Positions 9,955 through 19,720 of a stretch of DNA of 64,000 nt are shown piece by piece. Each line of letters begins with the position of its first letter. Within the stretch, counting starts at the first letter, position 1. The stretch lies in the IMG/VR virus record IMGVR_UViG_3300009161_000021. One strand, written 5' to 3'. The position numbers and the translations under genes are program-made. The notes below the pieces were generated by a model that saw nothing but the letters and a program-made list of their open reading frames with translations, made no database searches and was not told the DNA's origin. The DNA comes from a virus (taxonomy: Duplodnaviria; Caudoviricetes).

Positions 9955-11427
9955 TCACTCTCCGTAGATGATCGTTGAACCAAGACCTATAGCTGCAGTC
10001 TTAAGCTGTACTTGTTTCGTCAGAATTGAAGCTTGCAAGCTCGTTGCTGCTACAGTCAATGTTGTTCCAGCGATAACTGCTCCAGGGACGGGACCTCCTG
10101 CATTCGCTGACGTCGTAAGAGAGCTTGCGACAGTTGTGAGCTGCGTGCAGAAATTGTTGATATCAGCCAGTATGCTATTAAGGAAATCGACGAGAACGCT
10201 GTACTTGACGTACGGTTCTTTTGCTCCTTTCGAAGCGTATGACATCAATCTAATTTGCTTTCCAGACAGATGTAGAACTCCAGTTTCATGAAGGATAACT
10301 GAAGCGCCGTCGAGCTTTGCCGCTCCAGACTCGTTCGTACTCGGTTCCTTCATGATTATGATTGAACCAGGATCTTTTTTCTCTCTGTTAAAAAGACCCT
10401 CGAACCCCTTCGCTTCAGGTAACGTTCTACTTCCCCTTGAAATTAAGCGAAGATTGTCAGCTTTTAAGACGGCGAACGATCCGTTGCTCTTCTTACTCGC
10501 AGGAAAACCTAGAAATCCAGCATCCGACGGAAGCTTAAGAGAAAGAAGATTGTCTGGATGATTCTTTTTGTCTTGTGAGGTTCCAGCAACTAGATAAAGT
10601 CGGGCTGCGTCCTCTTTGAAATCTGCATCGCCTTCGGTCGGTCTATTGGTTCGCTTATCGTTCTCTGGAGTATTCAAAAATGAATCTTTTATCTCAGTTG
10701 CAGCTGTAACTGGTCGACCGCCTCTACCGACAACGATGTCAATGGCTCCCATATTGGGATCAACGTCGTCGTCGTTTGCGCTAAACTTGATCGAATCAGA
10801 GTTAGCTGCAAAATGACCTCGAGCCTCTCCTAGCATTATCAACGTGTTGTTGGAACCTTGAAGGATCAAGTCACCAGCTCTCTTGTTGTAACGAGGAACT
10901 GCCTCAAATCTATGAGTTTCTTTCGCGTACTCAAGAACTTTGACCATTTCTTCAGGATCGGTCGTTGGGCTTTCTATCGTTGATTGATCATCAGACTCAT
11001 CTTCTTCATTAGAAAATTTTGCAGAGAGAGATTTTGGCTCTTTGACAGCGGGTTGTCCGTACGTTCTCTTAAAGAAAGTGAAGTTTGTGTCTTCAACGTG
11101 ATTAGGAGCACTGACTCTTGACATCCAATAGCCGACACCTCCACCCTTGTTGTCTGCATTCTCATACACGAACCAGACTTCTTCTCCGGGTTTAAGAGGA
11201 AGGCAAAAGTGAGAAGAGAAGAAAGGATAGCAAACAATCTCTCTATCACTCTGCTTTGACTCTCCCATCGAGATCGGCTTCACAACTGCTGAATTTCTTG
11301 GAATCTCTGCGTAAGCAGGTGTGAAGACAAGCGATTTATAGTCGCTAAGAGATCTTCTGCGATCAGTAAGTCCTGAAACTGTGTTAACAACATCAACGAC
11401 AAGACCGCGAAAGAAAACTGTCGACAT
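9955..11427 (-). CDS. Baseplate hub/spike protein (gp5/VgrG-like, no lysozyme domain)
   Basis: 490 aa. OB-fold-like YPFF...LPLKPGEEVWFV...YWMSR, GDLILQGSNNTLIMLG, C-terminal ANAGGPVPG; immediately precedes gp25. Confidence 0.6.
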   Translation of the reverse strand: MSTVFFRGLVVDVVNTVSGLTDRRRSLSDYKSLVFTPAYAEIPRNSAVVKPISMGESKQSDREIVCYPFFSSHFCLPLKPGEEVWFVYENADNKGGGVGYWMSRVSAPNHVEDTNFTFFKRTYGQPAVKEPKSLSAKFSNEEDESDDQSTIESPTTDPEEMVKVLEYAKETHRFEAVPRYNKRAGDLILQGSNNTLIMLGEARGHFAANSDSIKFSANDDDVDPNMGAIDIVVGRGGRPVTAATEIKDSFLNTPENDKRTNRPTEGDADFKEDAARLYLVAGTSQDKKNHPDNLLSLKLPSDAGFLGFPASKKSNGSFAVLKADNLRLISRGSRTLPEAKGFEGLFNREKKDPGSIIIMKEPSTNESGAAKLDGASVILHETGVLHLSGKQIRLMSYASKGAKEPYVKYSVLVDFLNSILADINNFCTQLTTVASSLTTSANAGGPVPGAVIAGTTLTVAATSLQASILTKQVQLKTAAIGLGSTIIYGE

Positions 11428-11789
11428 TACTTCTTGATCCTTTCAAAGATTTCTTCTTCTGAGATCTCAACGCTTGAGCTCTCTGATTCAGAGATTTGCT
11501 TTGATAAGTTAAGTAACTGCTCGTTGCTTTTTGACATACGCTCAAGGTACTTGGTTAAAGTTTGTCCAAGCGTTGCGTGATCAGCAGCCGACCCACCCAT
11601 CTGTGAATAAAGATCAGTGAAAAGAATGTGAGCGTTAGTTCGATCTACTACAGCATTCTCGTAGATTTCTTTCCAAAGCATCTTTTTCTTTTCTGAAGCA
11701 TTCTCGATTCCGTCCAAAATATCAGAAAACTGCTCGACTTTCTTGTCGTTTTCCTTCAGCTTCTCGAGCATCTTGTCTATCGTTCCCAT
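11427..11789 (-). CDS. Hypothetical helical/coiled-coil protein (possibly terminase small subunit-like)
   Basis: 120 aa helical, acidic C-terminus, translationally coupled to neighbours; function is a guess. Confidence 0.4.
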   Translation of the reverse strand: MGTIDKMLEKLKENDKKVEQFSDILDGIENASEKKKMLWKEIYENAVVDRTNAHILFTDLYSQMGGSAADHATLGQTLTKYLERMSKSNEQLLNLSKQISESESSSVEISEEEIFERIKK

Positions 11790-12508
11790 CAGAGAAACCC
11801 TCCAGTACCTTTAGTTATTGTCCTGTAGTGTTTCCTGATGACTGACATCGCAGATCCTAACTGCTTTTGATTCAAATTCGAGATGTTCTTGACGTAGACA
11901 AAGACAGCTCTCTTATTCAGGAAATCAAGATCGTCGATCTGCTCAAACACAGTTATGATAGCATCGATGCAAGCCTGCTCATGTGGTTGATTAAGAGACT
12001 TCTTGATCTTTCGAAGCATCTCAAGTATAGCATCTCGTTGTCCAGCACTTACTATCTGATCCTCTGGCGTTGATCCGATGAGAGTATTGTGGTACATCTC
12101 AGCTTCAGCTGATTTGCTTTCCTTCAGATCTTCTATCGATACGAATCTCTTAATCTTCTTCTGACGGTTCTTTGATGATATTACGAGCCAATTTCTAGCC
12201 ACAACGTTGAAGTACGAAAAAGCTTTTGTCCCGCGAGTCGCGTCAAATTTATGCAAAGACTCGTAGAGAAAAGTGACGCAGTCATTCTTCATGTGCTCAA
12301 TTGGCTCATTGGGACTAGCGAAACCGTAGATGAAGATCAAACTTTCAACCAGCTTATCAAAAGCTGGCATAATCTTCCTGAGATAAAGCTCGTGTCGAAT
12401 CTCATTCTCTGTAGCTAGCTGAAACAGCTCGATCGCTTTCTGAGTGTTAGCATCAAAGTATAGGGTTCCCGTTCCGTTACCCCTCTTTATTATTCTCTTC
12501 GTTCCCAC
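11789..12508 (-). CDS. Phage RNA polymerase sigma-70-like factor (region 2)
   Basis: DCVTFLYESLHKFDATRGTKAFSYFNVVARNWL resembles sigma region 2.2-2.4. Start refined to GTG 12508 after AGGAAG (track start 12610). Confidence 0.7.
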   Translation of the reverse strand: MGTKRIIKRGNGTGTLYFDANTQKAIELFQLATENEIRHELYLRKIMPAFDKLVESLIFIYGFASPNEPIEHMKNDCVTFLYESLHKFDATRGTKAFSYFNVVARNWLVISSKNRQKKIKRFVSIEDLKESKSAEAEMYHNTLIGSTPEDQIVSAGQRDAILEMLRKIKKSLNQPHEQACIDAIITVFEQIDDLDFLNKRAVFVYVKNISNLNQKQLGSAMSVIRKHYRTITKGTGGFL

Positions 12509-12791
12509 TGTCTTCTTCCTGTATTGAGGTAAGTTGATTTGCGACATACAGCACGGCTTCACGTGATTTTCTGATGTCTTCGACTGCCCTCTTGATCTCG
12601 GGAGAATCATAGAAGAGGGGAATTTTCAGTATCTTAGATATTGATTCGTAGCGTTTATCGAGAACATCAAGTGATTCCTCAATCGCATCTTGAACCCTAA
12701 AGATTGCTGACGCAGCTCGAAATGCAAAAATCGAGACAAACGCAAGCAAAACAGTTTCTAAGAAGATTATCGTACCAAGAGCCCAGATCAT
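12477..12791 (-). CDS. Small membrane protein with N-terminal transmembrane helix and coiled coil
   Basis: Hydrophobic MIWALGTIIFLETVLLAFVSIFAF followed by a heptad-rich segment. Confidence 0.6.
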   Translation of the reverse strand: MIWALGTIIFLETVLLAFVSIFAFRAASAIFRVQDAIEESLDVLDKRYESISKILKIPLFYDSPEIKRAVEDIRKSREAVLYVANQLTSIQEEDSGNEENNKEG

Positions 12792-13948
12792 GCTAAAAAT
12801 TGACCCAGCGCTCTTTCGTATTCTTCGTTGATAGCTTGAGGGCTGTGGCTTACCTTTAACTTCTCAGCAAGCTCTTGTGCCCACTGACGAGGAACATCCG
12901 GCGAAGACTTCAGCTTTCTTAGCTTTTTCTTAAAATCTTGCTCTCTAACATTTGCCCACTTTGATCCACGCATCCAGATGTGCTCATCGCATCTAGACTC
13001 ATGGACTTCTTCCAGGTCGTACTCAAATTTGACGAACTTTCCTAACTTCATGAAGTCCATGTGTCCAGTACCGTCAGTTGCCGCGACTGGGAGACCTGAT
13101 GCTGATGCCTCAAGAAGTGGTAGCCCGAAACCCTCTCCACGAGTTGGAGAAACAAGAGCTTTGATCTTTGGATGCTTGTAAAGACCAACAATCTCATCGT
13201 TAGACATCATTCCGTGAATAATATGAACTTTCGGGAACGGTCCTCGTCTGACCTCTGAGACAGCTTTCGAGATCATATTCTGAACTCCGTCCCAATCGAC
13301 ACGCGTTCCACGACCCACGTTGGTCTTAAGGACTATTCCAACGTCAGGATCATTCGCAAATTCCTCACAGAGCCACTTCAACGCAAAAAAGATATTCTTT
13401 CTGTCGTTGAAAGGGTTGTTCCCTGTCATAGTTCCTAAAATCAAGAAATTGAAATTTGTTTCAAGCTGCAAATCAAGCTTGTGATTTGATGTGATAACTT
13501 CGTTGGTGAAGCTTTCAGGAATCACAAGAACAGGTGTCCTCACGTTGCCTGAATTTCTTAAGGTCTTTTCACAAAACGTTGACGGCATAACGACGACATT
13601 CATTCTGTTGCAAGCATCGACCCAGCCAGAATAGCACTTGTCAGCTTCCACAAGTGCAGTGATTCCTACGTTAAAATTAGCTAGATTGGTGTCCCACTCG
13701 TTTGGGAGTTGAATCTGAAATGAAACATCAAATTTTTGGTCAACAGCTCCAGTTCTCTTCATGATCTCGCTGACAAGACCACCCTCGGCATCAGGATTCA
13801 CGTACCAGCTCGTGCTGCCCCAAGGAAGCACCTGAACCACTATCTGGTCCTCAGAGTGCTTGCTAAGTAACCAACGGAAAACTTGACGCGCATGATTTCC
13901 GTAACCAGACTCGCTAAGAAGCGGACCACGTACTAGAATCTTCTTCAT
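12788..13948 (-). CDS. Glycosyltransferase family 4 (GT-B)
   Basis: SGYGNHARQ N-terminal motif; SPTRGEGFGLPLLEASASGLPV donor-binding EX7E motif. Confidence 0.9.
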   Translation of the reverse strand: MKKILVRGPLLSESGYGNHARQVFRWLLSKHSEDQIVVQVLPWGSTSWYVNPDAEGGLVSEIMKRTGAVDQKFDVSFQIQLPNEWDTNLANFNVGITALVEADKCYSGWVDACNRMNVVVMPSTFCEKTLRNSGNVRTPVLVIPESFTNEVITSNHKLDLQLETNFNFLILGTMTGNNPFNDRKNIFFALKWLCEEFANDPDVGIVLKTNVGRGTRVDWDGVQNMISKAVSEVRRGPFPKVHIIHGMMSNDEIVGLYKHPKIKALVSPTRGEGFGLPLLEASASGLPVAATDGTGHMDFMKLGKFVKFEYDLEEVHESRCDEHIWMRGSKWANVREQDFKKKLRKLKSSPDVPRQWAQELAEKLKVSHSPQAINEEYERALGQFLA

Positions 13949-15186
13949 ATCGTGACTTTCTCCCAGGACTTGTAACGACTTTTCCAGTTTTCTATTGTCT
14001 CGTTCAGAGTTTCATGCCATCTATCAATCACATTTTGGTAAGAGAACTCGCTCTGAACGTATGCTCTTGCCTTTTGACCAAGCTTCTTTCTTTCGTCTGG
14101 ATCCATTCTGTACATCTTCTCTATCGCATCAGCCACAGTTTCATTTGAAACGTAGTCTTCGTAAATGTACGGAACAATTTGCGAGCCGACGCAAGTCTTG
14201 AATTCAACTGGAAGAGCTATTCCATTCTCAGTTCCATCTCGATGATCGACAACCTGCCTAGTCAGGCCTCCAGTTTTAACAGCGATAATCGGATTTCCAC
14301 ATTGCATAGCCTCAAGAGTCGGGAGACCGAATCCCTCTGCGTATGAGATGTTCATGCAAGCATCTGAGATGTTGTGCAGGACATTCATCTTTTCAAAGTC
14401 TATTCTGTCAGTTGAAAAGATAACGCTATCTTGAACTCCGAACATCTTGACAACTTCGTGAAGATTCGGGCCCTCTTGGTCGAAAGGATCTGTGTGCATG
14501 ATAAGAACTGCGTCTTTCTTACCTTGAGCGATCATTCTCTTAATGAAGATAGACCAAGCTTCGATCACATCAGAGGGTCTCTTACGACGGGCATTTCTGT
14601 TGACCCAAAAAAGAGTGAAGAAGTCCTTCTTGCTCTCTCCTAAAATTTCACGCTTGTTTATCTTGATCTGAGATTCTGGAAGCGGGTAAAAAAGCTGATC
14701 TGGAAGAGCGTGCGGAACGAAGTTTGTCTTCTCTGGAAAGTCTTGCTTACAGATTTCGTATGTAAGGTACGAGTGACAGTTGATTAGATCTGTCGATTTA
14801 TAGAAGGGAGCATTGAACGAAGGCTTCGGCCAGTTGTCCCAAACGTGCCACCATGCTATTGGACAGACCTGGTGTATCTCGTCTTCCATCTCAAAAAGCC
14901 ACGTAAAGAAACGCGGGTCCGTGAATATTAGGATAAGATCGGGCTTCTCTGTTGCTAGAGTGATCCTGAGCATCTCCTTCGTACCGAATCCGTCAATGGG
15001 TTTGATGATGAAATCTTCATTAACGACAATGGTTCGATAATCAGCGTGCTTCATCGCTGCTCCGAACTGCCTAAATGTCCATTCTCCCTTCTGGAGAAGT
15101 CCATTTATGAGATGCCTTGTTTGAGTTCCAACGCCAGACGTTGAAAGAGCATGATCTGATAGGACTAAAATCTTCTTCTTACGCAA
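13945..15186 (-). CDS. Glycosyltransferase family 4 (GT-B)
   Basis: SDHALSTSGVG, NRNARRKRP, SYAEGFGLPTLEAMQCGNPII. Start refined to TTG 15186 after AAGGAGG. Confidence 0.9.
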   Translation of the reverse strand: MRKKKILVLSDHALSTSGVGTQTRHLINGLLQKGEWTFRQFGAAMKHADYRTIVVNEDFIIKPIDGFGTKEMLRITLATEKPDLILIFTDPRFFTWLFEMEDEIHQVCPIAWWHVWDNWPKPSFNAPFYKSTDLINCHSYLTYEICKQDFPEKTNFVPHALPDQLFYPLPESQIKINKREILGESKKDFFTLFWVNRNARRKRPSDVIEAWSIFIKRMIAQGKKDAVLIMHTDPFDQEGPNLHEVVKMFGVQDSVIFSTDRIDFEKMNVLHNISDACMNISYAEGFGLPTLEAMQCGNPIIAVKTGGLTRQVVDHRDGTENGIALPVEFKTCVGSQIVPYIYEDYVSNETVADAIEKMYRMDPDERKKLGQKARAYVQSEFSYQNVIDRWHETLNETIENWKSRYKSWEKVTI

Positions 15187-15233
15187 GAAATTGCCTCCTT
15201 GAAGAAAACTATGATTTCTGCGCAATAAGTAAA

Positions 15234-16028
15234 TTAGGTGCAGTGTTCTGTGTTCACGTAAGGGCAGTACAAGCATGACTGTCGATTCTTGACTTTCACG
15301 CCCTTACGCATCCCAGCGATAGTGTTCGAGACAAGTTTGTTCGCTTTCTGCATCGCCACAGGTCCGACAGATACAGTGAAGAGTTCAACGCACTTTCCGG
15401 GTTTCGCTCCCTTCTTCAGAAGGATGTATCCACACTTAACATAGCGAGCGCCGTCAAAAAGATCCCTATGCTTGTTCATCAGGTAGGACTTGTAGAGAGC
15501 AACCTGCGCTAGGGTGAGTGGGTTCTGCTTCTTGTCTGCTGACCAGCCCCCTGCGCCCGCCGTCTTCCAGTCTAGAACCCAGAGATCGTAACCACCCTTC
15601 TCACGAGGAACCTTGATGATGCAGTCAACGAATCCCTTGAAGTAAGCATCTCGATCCTCAATCGACTCGTAGAGCGCTTCCTCGGCAGACACCGTCTCCC
15701 ACCCTGGGAAAGTCTCATCAAGCCATGCAGGAACTTCCTCGAGCGCATTCTTTGCCCATGTCGCCCACTTCTCAACCTCAGGGAATCCCTTGGAATCCCA
15801 AGCTGAAACGATGTCCATCAGGCAACGATCGACGTCCATGACTCGTGTCTTCAGGTAACCTTCACAGGCTGAGTGAACAGACGTTCCAAAATCAAGATGC
15901 TCACTCGGCTTATCGAGGTTGATCTTCTTGATCTGCTGGAGATAGTGCCTGAATGGACACTCATTCCAATTTCGGACTTCCGAGTACGAGACGTGAGCTT
16001 TACCAGTAGGTAGAAGAGTATCAGACAA
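15234..16028 (-). CDS. PD-(D/E)XK nuclease, RecB/AddB/Cas4-like with 4-Cys Fe-S staple
   Basis: SYSEVRNWNECP, FGTSVH, FKGFVDCI, VLDWKT, QVALY and C-terminal CLYCPYVNTEHC. Start refined to TTG 16028 after GGAGG. Confidence 0.85.
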   Translation of the reverse strand: MSDTLLPTGKAHVSYSEVRNWNECPFRHYLQQIKKINLDKPSEHLDFGTSVHSACEGYLKTRVMDVDRCLMDIVSAWDSKGFPEVEKWATWAKNALEEVPAWLDETFPGWETVSAEEALYESIEDRDAYFKGFVDCIIKVPREKGGYDLWVLDWKTAGAGGWSADKKQNPLTLAQVALYKSYLMNKHRDLFDGARYVKCGYILLKKGAKPGKCVELFTVSVGPVAMQKANKLVSNTIAGMRKGVKVKNRQSCLYCPYVNTEHCT

Positions 16029-17118
16029 GCTCCCTCCGCGACTTCTGCAGGGCGGATCCAACAACCTGATGCATGTCGTAGTACTTGTACTCGGCAAGAC
16101 GACCACCGAATATCACGTTTGACTCACTCTCAGCTGCTTCCTTGTACATTCGATAAACCTCATTGTTTTTTTCATCGCCGATTGGATAGTAGGGAGTCGC
16201 GTCTCGACTCCACGCGATCGGGTACTCTCTAGTATAGATCGTGCTTGTCAGCTTATCAAGACGTTCTGGGGTGAAATGCTTGTGCTCAGTGATCCGTGTG
16301 TATGGGATCCCAGCTTCACCGTAGTTGATGATAGCGTTGCCTTGGAAATCACCATCACGGCGTTCCTCCTCAAACCGAAGCGAACGATACTCGAGATCGC
16401 CGAACTTGTAATTGAAGAACTCGTCAATCTTTCCAGTGTATACGATACGCTTCGCCATCGAGTTCCAACGATCTCTATCCTTAAAGTAATCCTCGTTAAG
16501 AGCGAGATCGCATCCCTGCAGCATCGACTTGAAGATACTGGTGTATCCCTCCTTTGGAATTCCCTGGTACGTATCGTTGAAGTAGTTGTCATCAAAAGTC
16601 ATCCTAATCGGAAGACGCTTGATGATCGATGCAGGTAGATCTTTAGGATCGCGCATCCACTGCTTCATCGTGTAGCCTCGAATGAAGATCTCGTAAATTT
16701 CAGGACCAACTTGGGAGAGGATCCACTCCTCAAGATTACGAGGGTTCTCGCATGGAACACGAACCTCATTCAGCTTTTTGACTGCCTCATCCGGGCTGGT
16801 CACTCCCCACACCTGATGCAGGGTCATCAGGTTGATCGGGAACGAGTACAGCTTGTCCCCGTGCTTGACCTTCGGTCGCAACGTGAAATTGTTGAACTCA
16901 GTGAATTGATTCATGAACTTCCAGATCCGGTCATCGGATGTATGGAAGATGTGTGGGCCGTACTTGTGAACGTCAATTCCTTCACGACGCTCGCTGTAGC
17001 AGTTTCCGCCGATGTGCTCGCGTTTGTCTATCAGAAGAACCTGCTTGCCCTTACGACGAGCTTCATGAGCAAAAACACTTCCGAAAAGACCGGCGCCAAT
17101 AATGAGATAGTCGTACAT
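16021..17118 (-). CDS. glf: UDP-galactopyranose mutase
   Basis: IIGAGLFG, HIGGNCY, HKYGPHIFHT, YQGIPKEGY, YTGKIDEFF, RITEHKHF, PYYP, GRLAEYKYYDM. Confidence 0.95.
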   Translation of the reverse strand: MYDYLIIGAGLFGSVFAHEARRKGKQVLLIDKREHIGGNCYSERREGIDVHKYGPHIFHTSDDRIWKFMNQFTEFNNFTLRPKVKHGDKLYSFPINLMTLHQVWGVTSPDEAVKKLNEVRVPCENPRNLEEWILSQVGPEIYEIFIRGYTMKQWMRDPKDLPASIIKRLPIRMTFDDNYFNDTYQGIPKEGYTSIFKSMLQGCDLALNEDYFKDRDRWNSMAKRIVYTGKIDEFFNYKFGDLEYRSLRFEEERRDGDFQGNAIINYGEAGIPYTRITEHKHFTPERLDKLTSTIYTREYPIAWSRDATPYYPIGDEKNNEVYRMYKEAAESESNVIFGGRLAEYKYYDMHQVVGSALQKSRRELV

Positions 17119-17123
17119 GGCTT

Positions 17124-17152
17124 ATATTAAACCACGTACGACCACTTTTTAA
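17124..17152 (-). promoter_or_regulatory. Possible host sigma-70-type promoter upstream of glf
   Basis: TTAAAA-17 nt-TAATAT ending 5 nt before the ATG (would give a leaderless or near-leaderless mRNA). Confidence 0.35.
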
Positions 17153-17164
17153 GCTCCAGATCAG

Positions 17165-18043
17165 CTACTGCTTAAGATAGTCCTCTAGCACAACCTTCGG
17201 AGTCCAGCCGAGCTCCTCACGAGCTCGCATGTTGTTTGCTAGGGTCTCACGAGTCTCTCCGACTCTCTCAGCAACGTAGATACGGTCTCCTCCGATCATA
17301 ACGGCGAGATCATTGATAGAGTAGTTTCGACCCGTTCCGATGTTCACTGGACCAGTTACATTCAGCTTCTCTGCTGCTAACAAGTTCGCCTCAACAGCAT
17401 CGCTGATGTGTGTGAAATCCCGACGCTGCTTCCCGTCACCCACGATCGTCATCGGTTGTCCAGCTTCCTTCTGTCGTTTGAACAGGCCCATAACTGGTGC
17501 GTACTCACCCTTCAGAGGTTCACGAGGACCGTAGACATTGAAGTATCGCAGAGACACAGTCGAAAGACCGTACAACTTGGTGTAAAGATCGCAGACTTCT
17601 TCACCCTGCCATTTGGAAAGAGAATACGGGGTAGCGCAACCCTTTGGAGCATACTCAAGAAACGGTGGCAGCGATGCATGACCGTAGTAGGAAGATGAAG
17701 CTGAGTAAACAACTCTCTTCACGCCTGCTAACCTGCTGAGCTCCAGCACGCGCTGTGTTCCAAGAACATTGACAGAGAAACATTCCGAAGGATTGTTAAC
17801 GGTCGGTTGGATCCTGGATCGAGCAGCAAGATGAAACACAACGTCAACGCCATGATAAACGCTCTCGTCAAGATTGCGAATATCAGCGTTGATATTTGTC
17901 GCTGCATCATTCCAGTAGAATATCTGATTCTGAGGAGCAGACTTATCGTCAACGCAAATGACCTCATCACCGCGTGCGATTAGAGCATCAACCACATGGG
18001 AGCCGATGAATCCAGCTCCACCCGTTACAAGCGCTTTCATCAC
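17165..18043 (-). CDS. NAD-dependent epimerase/dehydratase (UDP-hexose 4-epimerase-like)
   Basis: TGGAGFIGSH, VFHLAA, SASSSYYG, YSLSK (YxxxK), LRYFNVYGP, RRDFTHI. Confidence 0.9.
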   Translation of the reverse strand: MMKALVTGGAGFIGSHVVDALIARGDEVICVDDKSAPQNQIFYWNDAATNINADIRNLDESVYHGVDVVFHLAARSRIQPTVNNPSECFSVNVLGTQRVLELSRLAGVKRVVYSASSSYYGHASLPPFLEYAPKGCATPYSLSKWQGEEVCDLYTKLYGLSTVSLRYFNVYGPREPLKGEYAPVMGLFKRQKEAGQPMTIVGDGKQRRDFTHISDAVEANLLAAEKLNVTGPVNIGTGRNYSINDLAVMIGGDRIYVAERVGETRETLANNMRAREELGWTPKVVLEDYLKQ

Positions 18044-19011
18044 TGCCTCCGCTTGCTGACTGCGCGACCGACCTGCTTCTCCCAGTCGCGATCATCAGGA
18101 CCACGAACCTCGAGATTCTTATCCCATGCAGCCTGCATAACAGTCGGATCAATGTCGTACTTACGAGCAACGCTCATGAGCGCGTTGATGTCTTTCGGGA
18201 AGCAGTGACCACCAAAACCTCGGACGTAACGACCATCATGCGTCGGGACGGGACCAGGAACGGACCAGTGCGTCTCACCGAGACGACGATCAACCTTGGC
18301 ATACTCGACCACCTTGTCGTAATCGATGTTGAGACCATCAGCATCAAGAGCCTCGCAAACCTGCGCGATCTCATTCGCAAACGAGACCTTCACTGCAAGC
18401 ATGCAGTTTGTCACGTACTTCACCATCTCCGCAGTGGTGGAGCTCGTCTTGATGATGGGAATCTTCGGAAACGCACGCTGGAATACGTTTCGGACGGTAT
18501 TGATATGCGGACGAGGTCCACCGAGAACAATTCGATTCTGCTCGCGCATGTCATTCACAGCGTTTGCCTCAGTCAGAAACTCGGGATTGAACACGACGTG
18601 GAGACCACGATCGTTGAACATCTTGTTCCAACACTCAGTCGAACCCGGTGGAACAGTTGACTTGATAACTGCAATTCGCTGAGGAGAGTCAGAGGAGTAC
18701 GGAGCCTCGCAAACAAGCTCAAGAACGTCCTCTACAATTGAGACGTCGGGAGAACCGTCCTCATACATAGGAGTTGGGACGCATAAGAAAAACACCCCCG
18801 AGAATCCAGACTTTCCTTCACACTGCTGAACAAACTCAGCGATAGATCCAGGGTAAAGAACTTTGGTCGAGTTGCTCTGCTTAAATCCGTTGATTCCGCC
18901 GGTTGCAAGCTTCCCAGCCTTGTCATACACGAAAACTGTCTCACCACGTTCGGAAAAAACGGTCGTAAGACTTCCACCGACAAATCCTTGACCAATTACG
19001 CCAATGCTCAT
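18040..19011 (-). CDS. UDP-glucose/GDP-mannose 6-dehydrogenase family protein (lacks the C-terminal domain)
   Basis: GQGFVG, LCVPTP, IKSTVPPG, FNPEFL, AEMVKYVTNCMLAVKVSFANE, GFGGHCFPKD. Confidence 0.88.
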   Translation of the reverse strand: MSIGVIGQGFVGGSLTTVFSERGETVFVYDKAGKLATGGINGFKQSNSTKVLYPGSIAEFVQQCEGKSGFSGVFFLCVPTPMYEDGSPDVSIVEDVLELVCEAPYSSDSPQRIAVIKSTVPPGSTECWNKMFNDRGLHVVFNPEFLTEANAVNDMREQNRIVLGGPRPHINTVRNVFQRAFPKIPIIKTSSTTAEMVKYVTNCMLAVKVSFANEIAQVCEALDADGLNIDYDKVVEYAKVDRRLGETHWSVPGPVPTHDGRYVRGFGGHCFPKDINALMSVARKYDIDPTVMQAAWDKNLEVRGPDDRDWEKQVGRAVSKRRQ

Positions 19012-19028
19012 TTTGACTCCATGCTCAA

Positions 19029-19057
19029 ATACTAGATCAGAAAATGAGCTTTTTCAA
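19029..19057 (-). promoter_or_regulatory. Possible sigma-70-type promoter upstream of the dehydrogenase gene
   Basis: TTGAAA-17 nt-TAGTAT followed by a GGAG RBS and ATG 19011. Confidence 0.45.
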
Positions 19058-19419
19058 TCTCCCTTTTTCAGACGAATAGAATCTTCTTCAAAGTGCTGAG
19101 TTGAAACCTCTAGCAGCTCTGAGTCTTCAATTGCTATCATCTGGTGTCTCATTCCAGTTGTGACATGAAAAACGTCACCCTTCTCAAGCATTAGAGTTTG
19201 AGCTTCCTGAAGGTCATCGCCATGAGAAACTTTAAGCTCTAACTTTCCGCTAAGAAGATAGAAAACTTCATCTTTGATGTTGTGATAGTGCCAGCTGCAC
19301 CTCTTACCAGCCTCAAAGCGAAGAATTTTCCCGCAGTACTTTTCAGAGTTAGCGACCCACTCTTCGTGTCCCCAGCCCTTCTTGTGAAATTCGCCCTTAC
19401 TCTTTGAAAAAGTTAACAT
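19054..19419 (-). CDS. Cupin protein (mannose-6-phosphate isomerase / lyxose isomerase-like)
   Basis: KKGWGHEEW, CSWHYHNIKDEVFY, GMRHQM. Start refined to ATG 19419 after AAAGGAG. Confidence 0.8.
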   Translation of the reverse strand: MLTFSKSKGEFHKKGWGHEEWVANSEKYCGKILRFEAGKRCSWHYHNIKDEVFYLLSGKLELKVSHGDDLQEAQTLMLEKGDVFHVTTGMRHQMIAIEDSELLEVSTQHFEEDSIRLKKGD

Positions 19420-19720
19420 CTGATTCTCCTTTGTCGTCAATGTAAATGTCAGCGGAAGGCTTGCCAAGAATTAGATCATGAAATTTCACGCCCCAGTCGC
19501 TCAATTGCTTTCTTGTCAAATCTTCAAACATGCTTTTAACTTTCGAAACGTCGCCGCCAGTTCTTCCCATACCTCTAGCAGTGAATATTGTAATGTGATT
19601 TCCGGATTCGAAAAGCTCATTCACTTTTGATATTCTCTTAAGATTTGGAACTGCCAGAGCGTAGTTACCCTCAGTGTTGTTACAAAGAGTTCCATCTAAA
19701 TCAAAGACAATTCTCATCAA
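19397..19720 (-). CDS. HAD-superfamily phosphatase (capsule-biosynthesis type)
   Basis: FDLDGTLC, IFTARG, GKPSADIYIDDK. Confidence 0.85.
   Translation of the reverse strand: MMRIVFDLDGTLCNNTEGNYALAVPNLKRISKVNELFESGNHITIFTARGMGRTGGDVSKVKSMFEDLTRKQLSDWGVKFHDLILGKPSADIYIDDKGESDVNFFKE

Noticed and set aside
15234-16028. CRISPR-Cas system suggested by the Cas4-like gene
   Set aside because: No direct-repeat/spacer array and no cas1/cas2 or effector genes seen in the window.
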